From Macrostomum lignano (Eukaryota): a stretch of 64,000 nucleotides of DNA. The translations under genes and the position numbers were made by a program. Below are positions 12,590 to 25,196 of this stretch, one piece after another (the first letter of the stretch is position 1; each line of letters opens with the position of its first letter). Under the pieces are notes generated by a model. The model searched no databases, was not told the origin of the DNA, and worked only from the letters and a program-made list of their open reading frames with translations. The stretch is from contig NIVC01001540.1 in NCBI GenBank assembly GCA_002269645.1, forward strand, positions 20,172 through 84,171, in the 5' to 3' direction.

Positions 12590-13210
12590 AGGTTTTTGTA
12601 GTTGAGATGCTACTTATAGTAGGATAGAATGAAAGTTTTCCAGTTGAGATGCTACTTATAGTAGGATAGAATTAGAGTTTTCCAGTCGAGATGCTACTTA
12701 TAGTAGGATAGAATTAGAGTTTTCCAGTCGAGATGCTACTTATAGTAGGATAGAATTAGAGTTTTCCAGTCGAGATGCTACTTATAGTAGGATAGAATTA
12801 GAGTTTTCCAGTCGAGATCCTACTTATAGTAGGATAGAATTAGAGTTTTCCAGTTGAGATCCTACTTATAGTAGAATATAATTAGAGTTTTCCTGTTGAG
12901 ATACTACTTATAGTAGAATTAGAGTTTTTCAGTTGAGATGCTACTTATAGTAGGATAGAATTAGAGTTTTCCTGTTGAGATACTACTTATAGAAGAATTA
13001 GAGTTTTTCAGTTGAGATGCTACTTATAGTAGGATGAAAGTCGAGTTTTCCTGTTGCTTTGCTACTCATAGTAGGATAGAATTAGAGTTTTCCAGTTGAG
13101 ATGCTACTCATAGTAGGATGGAATTAGAGTTTTCCTGTTGCGATGCTACTCATAGTAGGATGGAATTAGAGTTTTCCAGTTGAGATGTTACTTATAGTAT
13201 GATGGAATTA
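12590..13210. repeat. 42-bp minisatellite (~15 copies) between Rab1 and MVD
   Basis: Unit CAGT(C/T)GAGATGCTACTTATAGTAGGATAGAATTAGAGTTTTC. Confidence 0.92.
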
Positions 13211-13295
13211 TATAGATTCCATTTTATAGTTACAAAGCTATTTATAGTAAAATTCAGTGCTACTCATAGTAGTGTTTGATTTTCCGTGCATTTTG

Positions 13296-14999
13296 ATGTC
13301 TGACGAAAGTTTTATTGCCTACGCGGCGGCGGCGCCAAACTTGGCGCTAATTAAATACTGGGGCAAGCGAGACAGCAGGCTGGTGCTGCCGCTAAATAAC
13401 TCTATCAGCGTTACCCTTGACGACCAGCTGATGCGCACGGTTACTATTGCAACGGCTTCGCCAGAATTTGCCGAAGATTCTGTTGAGTTAAACGGCAAAC
13501 CGGCCGAGGTTACTGACCGGATGCGCGCTGTACTGCAGTCGCTGCGTCAGCGTTGCCAGCGGGGCCAGGACTTGGCCAGCTGGAAGGTGCGGGTTGCCAC
13601 CAGGAACAGCTTCCCCACGGCTGCCGGCCTCGCCAGCTCCTCTTCGGGTTTGTGCGCCTTTGCGGTTGCGGTCGCCAGGCTGTACGGAATTGTGGGCGAC
13701 GGCGGTTCGGACAGCTGCGAGTGAGTGTAGCTGTCAGCTGGGGCTGTCATCTTGTCAGCTGGGGCTGTCATCTTGTCAGCTGGGGCTGTCATCTTGTCAG
13801 CTGGGGCTGTCATCTTGTCAGCTGGGGCTGTCATCTTGTCAGCTGGGGCTGTCATCTTGTCAGCTGGGGCTGTCATCTTGTCAGCTGGGGCTGTTATCTT
13901 GTCAGCTGTGGTTGTTATCTTGTCAACTGGGGCTGTTATCTTGTCAGCTGTGGTTTTTATCTTGTCAGCTGGGGCTGTTATCTTGTCAGCTAAAGCTGTT
14001 ATCTTGTCAGCTAGGGCTGTTATCTTGTCAGCTGGGGCTGTTATCTTGTCAGCTGGGGCTGTTATCTTGTCAGCTAAAGCTATTATCTTGTCAGCTGGGG
14101 CTGTTATCTTGTCAGCTGGGGCTGTTATCTTGTCAGCTGGGGCTGTTATCTTGTCAGCTGGGGCTGTTATCTTGTCAGCTGTGGTTGTAATCTTGTCAGT
14201 CTAGCACCCCAACTGCACGCTCATTCCCTTCCTCCGCGCCGTCAGCGCCGACACCCTTCGCTGGCTCAGCACGGTGGCCCGGCTCGGCTCCGGCTCCGCC
14301 TGCCGCTCTCTGTTCGCCGGCTTCGCCGAATGGTCGGCCGGCCAGCGTCCGGACGGTGTGGACTCGACCGCCAGCCAGCTGGCCTCGGCCGGCCACTGGG
14401 ACCTGCGCGTCCTCGTCTGCGTAGTTGGCGCCGGCGCCAAATCGGCGCCGTCCACCCAGGCAATGGCGCGGACCGTGGCCACCAGCTCGCTGCTTCCGGC
14501 CAGACTGAGCTGCCTGCCCGACAGGCTGGCCGCGGTGCGCGAGGCGGTGGCCGGCCGCGACTTCGCTAGCCTGGCCGAGATGTCCATGCGGGACAGCAAC
14601 TGCCTGCATGCGGTGTGCGCGGACACCTACCCGCCCGTGCACTACCTGACCGACGCTTCGCGCGCCATCATCGACTTCGTGCACCGGCTGAACGAAGCCT
14701 CCGGCCGAGTCGTTCTCGGCTACACAGCGGATGCCGGCCCGAACGTCTGCCTGCTGGCCCAGCCGGCCGATGTACACCTGGCTGCTGGTTGTCTGCAGCG
14801 GGCCTTCGACATCGGCCCGGTGGTCGGCGACTTAGGCGAGGCGGCCGACAATTCGAAGGTTCCCTCAGGCTGGGCTGGCGACGGCAGCGAGGGGGCGACT
14901 GCGCGCCACCGGATCGAATCGCTGCTGATCTGCCGGCTCGGCCGGGGGGCGCTCGATATTCCACAGGCGGAGGCGGCCGCTTGGTTCGATTCTGACTGA
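13296..14999 (+). CDS. MVD: Diphosphomevalonate decarboxylase (2 exons, ~392 aa)
   Basis: Exons 13296-13720 and 14246-14999 (phase-2 intron, GTGAGT...GTCAG). Motifs: APNLALIKYWGKRD, LPLNNSISVTLD, NSFPTAAGLASSSSG, ARLGSGSACRS, MRDSN..HA.C.DTYPP, DAGPN. Confidence 0.95.
13730..14200. repeat. 21-bp minisatellite filling the MVD intron
   Basis: Unit GTCAGCTGGGGCTGT(C/T)ATCTT, ~22 copies. Confidence 0.95.
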
Positions 15000-15523
15000 C
15001 TGACTGACTGACTGACTGACTGACTGACTGACTGACTGACTGACTGACTGACTGACTGACTGACTGACTGACTGACTGACTGACTGACTGACTGACTGAC
15101 TGACTGACTGACTGACTGACTGACTGACTGACTGACTGACTGACTGACTGACTGACTGACTGACTGACTGACTGACTGACTGACTGACTGACTGACTGAC
15201 TGACTGACTGACTGACTGACTGACTGACTGACTGACTGACTGACTGACTGACTGACTGACTGACTGACTGACTGACTGACTGACTGACTGACTGACTGAC
15301 TGACTGACTGACTGACTGACTGACTGACTGACTGACTGACTGACTGACTGACTGACTGACTGACTGACTGACTGACTGACTGACTGACTGACTGACTGAC
15401 TGACTGACTGACTGACTGACTGACTGCCTGCCTGCCTGACTGACTGACTGACTGACTGACTGACTGACTGACTGACTGACTGACTGACTGACTGACTGAC
15501 TGACTGACTGACTGACTGACTGA
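14992..15523. repeat. (CTGA)n microsatellite starting inside the last MVD codons
   Basis: Near-perfect tetranucleotide run of ~530 bp. Confidence 0.97.
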
Positions 15524-16084
15524 TGTTTCTTATGCTACTTCCAGTGCAGCTTTCTAATCATAATCTGCTTCCAAGTCTAGTCGAAACCCTGCATCTAAAC
15601 TCCCAAATCCCTATTTCTATATTCCCCATTCCAAAAGCCACTAAGCACCCATCTTCAGCAATTTTTTTATGTTAGAATCAACATTTCAAATTATACAATA
15701 AATTTTTCTCTGCAGCAAGTGTTGCGCATGATTCCTTGGTGCAGTTTTTACTTGAATTTGCTAATATTGGATTTGTTTGGACAATTTTAAACTCCTAGCA
15801 AGTTTATTCTTGAATTGAATCGATTGATTCAGTTTTTATGACTTATTTATTTATTTGGCGTATTAAGTGGAAGCGATATGGGGCGGGTAGGGTGCATCGA
15901 TTTTTTTATGATGACGTGAGGGTTGAGAAATTGCGTTAAACTTCAGTTTATAAGCCATTATTTACGCATTAATAACACACCTGTTACTAATTGCGTTGAA
16001 GGCGAAATGTTTTTACTTCTAACATTAATCACTAACTAATAAAACCGTCTGTCTGCCATTGACATACTGCCACTCTATTTTTCA

Positions 16085-16340
16085 CTCAGTCCATTTCCAG
16101 TCCATGTTCACTCATTTTCACACATTTCCAGTCCATGTTCACTCATTTTCACACATTTCCAGTCCATGTTCACTCATTTTCACACATTTCCAGTCCATGT
16201 TCACTCATTTTCACACATTTCCAGTCCATGTTCACTCATTTTCACACATTTCCAGTCTATGTTCACTCATTTTCACACATTTCCCGTCCATGTTCACTCA
16301 TTTTCACACATTTCCAGTCTATGTTCACTCATTTTCACAC
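16085..16340. repeat. 31-bp minisatellite (~8 copies)
   Basis: Unit CCATGTTCACTCATTTTCACACATTTCCAGT. Confidence 0.9.
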
Positions 16341-16429
16341 ATTTCCAGTCTATGTTCAAATGTCTATGAAATTCACTCGCTCAGCCATTTTCACTCCGAT
16401 TCACGCAATCTTTTCACGTTAAAATAGTT

Positions 16430-17075
16430 TCACAGCTCCTCCTTCGTCGCTTTCACAGCCTCCGCCTGCTCAGTGAACTCTTCTTCATCACCAGCCGACT
16501 CGCCCTCCTCGTGAAGCCGCTTCTGCTGTTCCTCCATCAGGCGCCTCTTCTCGGCAACGGCAGCTGCCTCAGCTGACTGGCGCTCGCCTTGCAGATGATC
16601 GACTATGATGTCCACCACCCCGGAGATGATATTGTGCAGCTTGTGCGCCTCGTCCCGCTCCGCCCTGCTCATCTTGCTGCCGCCGCCGATGCCGCCGCCG
16701 CTGCCGCCGTTTAGCAGCTGGTCGATGGCAGCGTTCTCGCGTTCGAGAACTCGATCGATTGGGGAGCCCTGCCGAGGGGAGTGTTGTGCGGTGTTGGAAG
16801 GATTGATTAGCTAGCAGTTAGCTGGGTTGGATTAGTTACTAATTTTAGTTAGTAAAGTTAATAGTTAAGCAGTTAGACGCCCCACATACTAGACATGCTC
16901 AACTTGCAACGCTAACTAGTGCACTCTCACCTAGCCAGACTACAAGTTAGTTATATACGATACTCGTATTTTAGTTAGATAGATAGTTAGCTAGTTAATT
17001 AGCTAGCTAGTTGGTTGGCTAGTTAATTAGTTAGTCAGTTAGCTAATTAGTTAGTTAGCTTGTTTGTTTGTTAGC

Positions 17076-17110
<35 letters not shown>

Positions 17111-17145
17111 CTAGTTGGTTGGTTAGTTAGCTAGTTAGTTAGTTG

Positions 17146-17182
<37 letters not shown>

Positions 17183-17217
17183 CTAGTTGGTTGGTTAGTT
17201 AGCTAGTTAGTTAGTTG

Positions 17218-17258
<41 letters not shown>

Positions 17259-17401
17259 CTAGTTAGTTAGTTAGCTAGTAAGTTAGTTAGTTGGTTAGTT
17301 CGTTTGTTGGTTGGCTAGTTAATTAGTTAGCTAGTTAGTTAGTTAGTTAGTTAGCTAGTTAGTTAGTTGGTTGGTTGGTTAGTTAGCTAGTTAGTTAGTT
17401 G

Positions 17402-17458
<57 letters not shown>

Positions 17459-17493
17459 CTAGTTAGTTAGTTAGCTAGTAAGTTAGTTAGTTG

Positions 17494-17524
<31 letters not shown>

Positions 17525-17547
17525 GGTTGGCTAGTTAATTAGTTAGC

Positions 17548-17582
<35 letters not shown>

Positions 17583-20021
17583 CTAGTAAGTTAGTTAGTT
17601 GGTTGGCTAGTTAATTACTCGTAGTTAGCTAGTTAGTTAGTTGGTTAGTTAGCTAGTAAGTTAGTTAGTTGGTTGGCTAGTTAATTACTCGTAGTTAGCT
17701 AGTTAGTTAGTTAGTTAGCTTGTTTGTTTTTTGTTTGTTTGTTTGTTAGCTAGCTAGTTTAATTTGCTTGTTAGTTGGCTGTCTGCATGGGTGCTTCGAG
17801 TGCAGCCGCAAGCAGTCATACTCATTCCTCTGCACGCGCACGCATACTTACGCAGACACGCTTACACGGGGTGTAGAACAGGCGCGACTTTCTTATCGTC
17901 AGGCATGTAGAAAAGTGTGACCTCTGGAGGTTGGTCCTCCTGTGGTTGGAGGGGCTTGAGTCAAACGGACAAGACCGCTCAGCATGCATGGACCTTTCCT
18001 TGACGCCAGAGTCCGATGTGTCAGCGCCTCGCTACTCAACTCAGCTGGCAAAGCTTCAATGTAGTCAACACTGAATCGCGAATTGTTTGATCTATTCCGG
18101 AGTCATTTAAGAGATGCGAAAAGCGTGTTTGCACTGTTCAACCCTCGGTTTAGTAAAGACACTGTAATCGCTAAACACTTGAGAGCCGGCCTTCTTGAGG
18201 ATCATGCGGCGTCGTTTTGAGTAGATATTCTTTTCTATTTGTCTTAAGCAATCTGTAGCCATTGCTTGTGTGTGTCTCCACGCATATACCTTCTATAGAT
18301 TTCACATGACAAACACACTCTTTATGTTTAACATTCTGAAGATTTATTTAGTCTAAGGATGAGCTTCAACTCGCGGACTGTTATGTAAACTACGAGCACC
18401 CTCTAGAATAATAAAATAAAAATCTTGTATACTCTACTCATTTACTTGAGCAAGTAGTATAATTCGGTCTGGCTAGATACCTTCATTAGCTGGCGTAACA
18501 GCCGCTGATAATAGAACACGTAGCGCTTGGAGTGCGGCAGATCACTGGCCGCCTGCGCCACCTCCTCGGACAGCTGCTGCAGGTTCCGGCCGAGCACCAG
18601 GTCGGCCGCTCGGTCTCTGAGTAGCCGTTCGATCTGGGCCACCCGGCCAGCGCCAGGCTCCAGCTTACCGTCCGGCTGGCGGTGCGACCCGGTCATGTCG
18701 TTGATGAAACCGACAATCTCGTGCAGGTCCACGTCGCCGCCGTATCTGGTTTAAGGGGATTTGGCGAGATCGTTCTGTTTGACCGGAGCGTTACGATTGT
18801 CGATTGGGGGGTTAACACCCAGCTGTTGGATCAAGGTTGTCTGTTCGATTGAAAGACTGCATGTTCGATTGGAAGGTTGCATGTTTGATTGGAAGGTTGC
18901 CTGTTTGATTGGAAGGTTGCCTGTTTGATTGGAAGGTTGCATGTTTGATTGGAAGGTTGCATGTTTGATTGGAAGGTTGCCTGTTCGGTTGGAAGGTTGC
19001 CTGTTTGATTGAAAAGTTGCATGTTCGATTGGAAGGTTGCCTGTTTGATTGGAAGGTTGCATGTTTGATTGGAAGGTTGCATGTTTGATTGGAAGGTTGC
19101 ATGTTTGATTGGAAGGTTGCATGTTTGATTGGAAGGTTGCATGTTTGATTGGAAGGTTGCATGTTCGATTGGAAGGTTGCATGTTTGATTGGAAGGTTGC
19201 ATGTTTGATTGGAAGGTTGCGTGTCTAAAATTTTGCCTAACTGATTAGAGGACCATCTGTTCACCCAATGGGCTTAGTGATTTAGGTCAAAGGGTTGCAG
19301 TAGAGCATGCAAGTCTCAAACTCGGAACCTCACCTCACAATGTTATTCTTGTCGCCCCTGGGGAACCACAGCAGCGTCGGGTTCCTCTGCGCCTGAAAGA
19401 ACCTCGCCAGCTGAGGTTCCCGGGTCACGTCCGCCCGGCCGAACACCACGTGGTGGCCCTCGTGCCGGAAGACGTCGGCAATTTTCTCGTAGACCGCGCA
19501 CGGCTCGCCACACTCCGGCGTGTACAGAGCCAGCATGGCGTTGGTCTCGTTGTCCAGGATCACGGACGCGTAGCTGCTGGCGTTCACCACCACCGTGGCG
19601 CCAGTTGTCCACGGGTTCGCTGAGTCGCCTTCGTCTGCCGCTCCGCCATCGTCGGTCGCGGTCTCCAGCGAGGCGCCGCCGTAGAGACTCTCGCCGGAGC
19701 GCGTCAGGCCGGCCTTGACGGCACTCTGCAGGCGAAGGCCGCGCAGGAATTTCACCAGCGCCTCCTCGGTCACCTCGCCGTAGAAGGTGATCGGCGTCGA
19801 CGAATGAGGGAAGGCCTTCAACACCGGCACTTCATCGGCGTGGAACCGCATGGCCAGCACCGGCTCCTGGCGGATGTCGATGCGGCCGAATTTTACGTCC
19901 GGATGCGAAACGGAGTGGGACAGGGCCAGGCTGCGGGTGCGAGGCGGATCGGGGCTCGGTGTCTGCGAGTTCTGGGGCTTTATGAAATCAATGGCAGACA
20001 GACATACACTCGGACACACAG

Positions 20022-20055
<34 letters not shown>

Positions 20056-20065
20056 AGAAAGACAA

Positions 20066-20099
<34 letters not shown>

Positions 20100-20103
20100 A
20101 GAA

Positions 20104-20178
<75 letters not shown>

Positions 20179-20179
20179 A

Positions 20180-20210
<31 letters not shown>

Positions 20211-20211
20211 A

Positions 20212-20270
<59 letters not shown>

Positions 20271-20271
20271 A

Positions 20272-20322
<51 letters not shown>

Positions 20323-20323
20323 A

Positions 20324-20354
<31 letters not shown>

Positions 20355-20355
20355 A

Positions 20356-20418
<63 letters not shown>

Positions 20419-20483
20419 AAGACAGACAGACAGACAGACAGACAGAAAGACAGACAGATAGACAGACAGACAGACAGACAGAA

Positions 20484-20554
<71 letters not shown>

Positions 20555-20587
20555 AAGACAGACAGACAGACAGACAGAAAGACAGAC

Positions 20588-20638
<51 letters not shown>

Positions 20639-20663
20639 TAGATAGACAGACAGATAGACAGAC

Positions 20664-20726
<63 letters not shown>

Positions 20727-20948
20727 TAGACAGTCAGGCTGACAGGCGCACAGGCAGCCTCACCGCTGCATGACGGAGAGCACCTCCACGCAGGGCTGGC
20801 AGCCGGGCGAGTAGAACAGCACCAGCGCCAGAGTCTTGGTGCCCACAACGCTGGCCAAGTTCTTCTCCGTGATGTCCAGCACCCGTTTAGCCTCGGCCGG
20901 GCTTATCGGTGATAGCAGGCCGGCCAGAAGCGGCAGCAGCAGCAGCAT
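16430..20948 (-). CDS. ER protein disulfide isomerase-like protein, Trx-Trx-ERp29C (PDI-D/ERp38-type), 4 exons, ~461 aa, C-terminal KEEL
   Basis: Exons 20948-20764, 19930-19334, 18745-18481, 16768-16430, total 1386 nt in frame. Signal peptide MLLLLPLLAGLL. Trx1 FYSPGCQPC...VPVLKAF. Trx2 LYTPECGEPC...NPTLLWFP..YGGDVDLHEIVGFINDMTG. A helical D-domain-like region follows (RQPDGKLEPGAGRV...KRYVFYYQRLLRQLMK), then an acidic tail and KEEL*. Confidence 0.85.
16800..17770. repeat. (GTTA)n / (GCTA) microsatellite in PDI-like intron 3
   Basis: Degenerate tetranucleotide array that reads (TAAC)n on the coding strand. Confidence 0.95.
18850..19220. repeat. 20-bp minisatellite in PDI-like intron 2
   Basis: Unit GTTGC(A/C)TGTTTGATTGGAAG. 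Confidence 0.93.
19995..20732. repeat. (GACA)n microsatellite in PDI-like intron 1
   Basis: Direct observation, with GAAA/GATA interruptions. Confidence 0.97.
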
Positions 20949-21309
20949 GGCCGGGACAAACTGGTTCGGTGCTGCACGCTAACAAAAGCAAAAGAAATGT
21001 TTTGACTCTGCGATGACCCACAGGGGGATCTCGTGAATTTATTCCTAGAATTGAGGGAAAAGAAGCCGGAACGGCTCTAACTGTGCTGACGTGGCCCTCT
21101 CCCCCTTCTCCCTCTCTGCGCCACTAAGCCAGCCAGCAGCTGCCGCCAGCTCAATCTGCTGCTGCTGTTGTTGTTCCAGCTAGCAAAGAAACAATTAATC
21201 TGGGGCGAGGGGGGCCGCAGAGCTGGAAATCTTGTGCGAGCGTCCGGCTTGTGCAGAGGTTTTCTATTCTGGAATTGACGAAGTCTACATGAGTCATGTA
21301 GATTGCCTT

Positions 21310-21680
21310 CCTTCTCCCCTTCAACCCTCTGTTTTACCCTCTCCTCTTCAACCCTCTGTTTTACCCTCTCCTCTTGAACCCTCTGTTTTACCCTCTCCTC
21401 TTCAACCCTCTGTTTTACCCTCTCCCCTTGAACCCTCTGTTTTACCCTCTCCCCTTGAACCCTCTGTTTTACCCTCTCCCCTTGAACCCTCTGTTTTACC
21501 CTCTCCTCTTGAACCCTCTGTTTTACCCTCTCCTCTTCAACCCTCTGTTTTACCCTCTCCCCTTGAACCCTCTGTTTTACCCTCTCCCCTTCAACCCTCT
21601 GTTTTACCCTCTCCCCTTGAACCCTCTGTTTTACCCTCTCTCCTTCAAACCTCTGTTTTACCCTCTCTCGTTCAACCTAG
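21310..21680. repeat. 27-bp minisatellite
   Basis: Unit AACCCTCTGTTTTACCCTCTCC(C/T)CTT(C/G). Confidence 0.93.
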
Positions 21681-22039
21681 CGAAAAAATAAATTCTTCCC
21701 AGACTAGTGGGATAATTTTCCCTTGAAAAAATCGACCACCCTCAAATCCCAAAGGAGCTTTGCAACCGACTTAAAATCTGTCAAAGACTCTTAGACTAGT
21801 CAAGCCCTGGCTCCAGTTTTGTACTCATTACATTTATTAGAAATTTGCCGAGAAATATTTTACAGTTGAATGAACTTTAAAAATTTAAAATTTAGCGGTG
21901 CGTGAGGGGGGAGGTCTTTCTGTCTGGTCAAGTTTAAATGGCAAGAGTTTTCACCCGAGAGTTATTTATTATTGATGTCTGGTCCTCTTTGCACTTTCTG
22001 TTAACACTGAATTATTGCTTATGTTGTCACTCTATTTAT

Positions 22040-23580
22040 TCTTCCGTAGTCACCCCATTCACGCTTCTGTAGTCACCCCATTCACACTTCTGCAGTCACC
22101 CCATTCACGCTTCTGTAGTCACTCCTTCGCACTTCTGTATTCACTACATTCACAGTTCTGTAGTCACTACATTCACACTTCTGTAGTCACTCCATTCACA
22201 CTTCTGCAGTCACTCCATTCACACTTCTGTAGTCACCCTATTCACAATTCTGTAGTCACTCCATTCACACTTTTGTAGTCACTTCATTTACGCTTCTGTA
22301 GTCACCCCATTCACGCTTCTGTAGTCACTCCATTCACACTTCTGTATTCACCCCATTCACACTTCTGTATTCACTCCATTCACACTTCTGCAGTCACTCT
22401 ATTCCCACTTCTGTAGTCACTCCATTCACACTTCTGTAGTCACTCCATTCACACTTCTGTATTCATCCCATTTACATTCTGTATTCACTCGATTCACACT
22501 TCTGTAGTGACTCCTTCACACTTCTGTAGTCATTCCTTCACACTTCTGCAGTCACTTCATTCACCCTTCTGTAGTCACTCCACTCACACTTCTGTAGTCA
22601 TTCCTTCACACTTCTGCAGTCACTACATTCACACTTCTGTAGTCCCTCCATTCACACTTCTGTAGTCACTACATTCACACTTCTGCAGTCACTACATTCT
22701 CACTTCTGTAGTCACTACATTCACCCTTCTGTAGTCACTCCATTCACACTTCTGTATTCATCCCATTTACACTTCTGTATTCACTCCATTCACACTTCTG
22801 TAGTCACTCCTTCACACTTCTGTAGTCACTTCTTCACACTTCTGTAGTCACTCCTTCACACTTCTGTAGTCACTCCATTCACACTTCTGTAGTCATTCCT
22901 TCACACTTCTGCAGTCACTACATTCACACTTCTGTAGTCCCTCCATTCACACTTCTGCAGTCACTACATTCACACTTCTGCAGTCACTACATTCACACTT
23001 CTGTAGTCACTACATTCACCCTTCTGTAGTCACTACATTCACACTTCTGTATTCATCCCATTTACACTTCAGTATTCACTCGATTCACACTTCTGTAGTC
23101 ACTCCTTCACACTTCTGTAGTCATTCCTTCACACTTCTGCAGTCACTTCATTCACACTTCTATAGTCATTCCTTCACACTTCTGCAGTCACTTCATTTAC
23201 ACTTCTGTAGTCACCCCATTCACACTTCTGTAGTCACTACATTCACCCTTCTGTAGTCACTCCATTCACACTTCTGTATTCATCCCATTTACACTTCTGT
23301 ATTCACTCCATTCACACTTCTGCAGTCACTCCATTCACACTTCTGTAGTCACCCCATTCACGCTTCTGTAGTCACTCCATTCACACTTCTGCAGTCACTC
23401 CATTCACACTTCTGTAGTCACCCCATTCACACTTCTGTAGTCACTCCATTCACACTTCTGCAGTCACTCCATTCACACTTCTGTGGTCACTCCTTCACAC
23501 TTCTGTAGTCATTCCTTCACACTTCTGCAGTCACTTCATTCACACTTCTGTAGTCACCCCATTCACACTTCTGTAGTTCC
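22040..23580. repeat. ~23-bp minisatellite (~1.5 kb)
   Basis: Unit CACTTCTGTAGTCACTCCATTCA with variants. Confidence 0.93.
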
Positions 23581-24184
23581 ACATTCTTTTTCTCTTTGCC
23601 CCATTTCTAAATTTAGACTCATTTCTTTTCCCACCGACCTATTGCTTCTGGTTGCCAAGCGCAACAATAGTTTTTCCCGAACCAACTTCGTTGCTAGGCC
23701 GGTCTGGTTGCCCCCCCCCCCTAATCGCAGCGGCTTCCCGCCCGAGCAATCCAAAGATTTGAACAGACCAAGAAATGATTTCGGCTGGCTTAGCGAGCTC
23801 AAGTGTCGAGGCTGCTGCTCAGACTGTCGGCCTGAGAGGCCAGCGACTGATCAAATAGTTGGGTCCCAGAATCTGATTCTTACTGCTGCTGCATCAATTG
23901 ATGGGGAACAGGGGGGAGACTGGGAGAGGAAATTGCTGCATGGCTGATTCTTTCCTTAAAGAGAAGAATTTTTTAAAGAAAAAAGACACGTTCTATTGAT
24001 AATGAAAATTTTCTGAGGAGATCTCAGGCTAGCAATTTGCTGCCTGCAGTCTTCGATAAAATCTTCTGGCCCATTGTTACTGACTGCGAAAGCTGGAATG
24101 CGACCCGCTTGCTCAGCACAATGGGAGCTGGTCAGAAATGGGAATTGGCTGCACCAAGTACTCGGGACCTGCTGTCGCATACCT

Positions 24185-24545
24185 ACTCTTTACCCTACTC
24201 TCCCCTCCCCCTACTCCCCTCTCCCCTACTCTCCCCTACTCTCCCTTCTCCCCTTACTCTCCCCTCTCCCATACTCTCTCCCCTACTCTCCCTTCTCCCT
24301 ACTATACCCTACTCTCCCCTACTCTCCCTCCCCTACTCTCCCCTACTCTCCCTCCCCTACTCTCCTTTCTCAACCTACTCTCCCCTCCCCCTACTCTCCC
24401 CTTTCCCCTACTCTACCCTACTCTACCCTACTCTCCCCTACTCTCTCCTCTCCCCTACTCTCCCTTCTCAACCTACTCTCCCCTCCCCCCTACTCTCCCC
24501 TTTCCCCTACTGTCCCCTTTCCCCTACTCTCCCCTGTCTCATACT
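24185..24545. repeat. Pyrimidine-rich low-complexity tract (CCCTACTCTC-like)
   Basis: Direct observation. Confidence 0.85.
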
Positions 24546-25196
24546 CTGCCGGAGCAGCAATCCCACTTTTTGAGCCCTAGAGTTATCAATTCAGAGCAGC
24601 ACCTGTGGCTTCACTGAGTGAAGCACCCCGGATTGAGTGACTGCATGATGGAAGGCCACCAGCCCGATCACTCCAGACACCTCTCGGCTCTGGAATGTCA
24701 GATCGGTAGCTCAGGGGGTAGCAGCCTAGCAACTTGAATTATGCATGACAAAAGTTGGCCCAGAATCCAGCGGCTTCATCGCTATAACCCCCATCCCCAG
24801 CTGACTATCTGCTACTCAATTCTAAAAAAAAAACGTTTCAAGCCTTCTCACTGAGACCTAGGCTGTGCTGTATTATCTATCCAATAGTTTTTTGGTGGCA
24901 ACATTGAACTGGTTGGGAGCAGAGCTGCTACGCTCGGGCAATTCATTTCTGTTGGCTGCTGGCCCTGCCCTATCCAAGCTGCTGTGGCAGATTCCCCTCC
25001 CAGCCTCCCCTCCTGCCTCATCATAGAGCTGCCAGCGCGGCAGCCTCCGCCGCTGCCGCCGCCGCTGCCGCAGTAGCAGAGTCACCCAGAAGAAGACAAA
25101 ACGCTCGCCAAATCTTTTAGAAATCCACGATATTCTGGAAGTCGGCGGAACCGATTTCTTCATCAGAAAAGCAACTGCAAAGAGCTGAGGCAGGCA

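Noticed and set aside
13257-13295. Longer MVD start at GTG 13257 from the ORF track
   Set aside because: Non-ATG start that overlaps a remnant of the 42-bp repeat. ATG 13296 fits the position of the N-terminal motif.
13296-14999. Bacterial horizontal origin of MVD (RLGSGSA motif, high GC)
   Set aside because: It has a spliceosomal intron and eukaryote-type length and motifs (DSN..HA.C.DTYPP). High GC is shared by all exons in the window.
19804-20848. Long QTDR / SVCL repeat ORFs
   Set aside because: (GACA)n microsatellite inside PDI-like intron 1.
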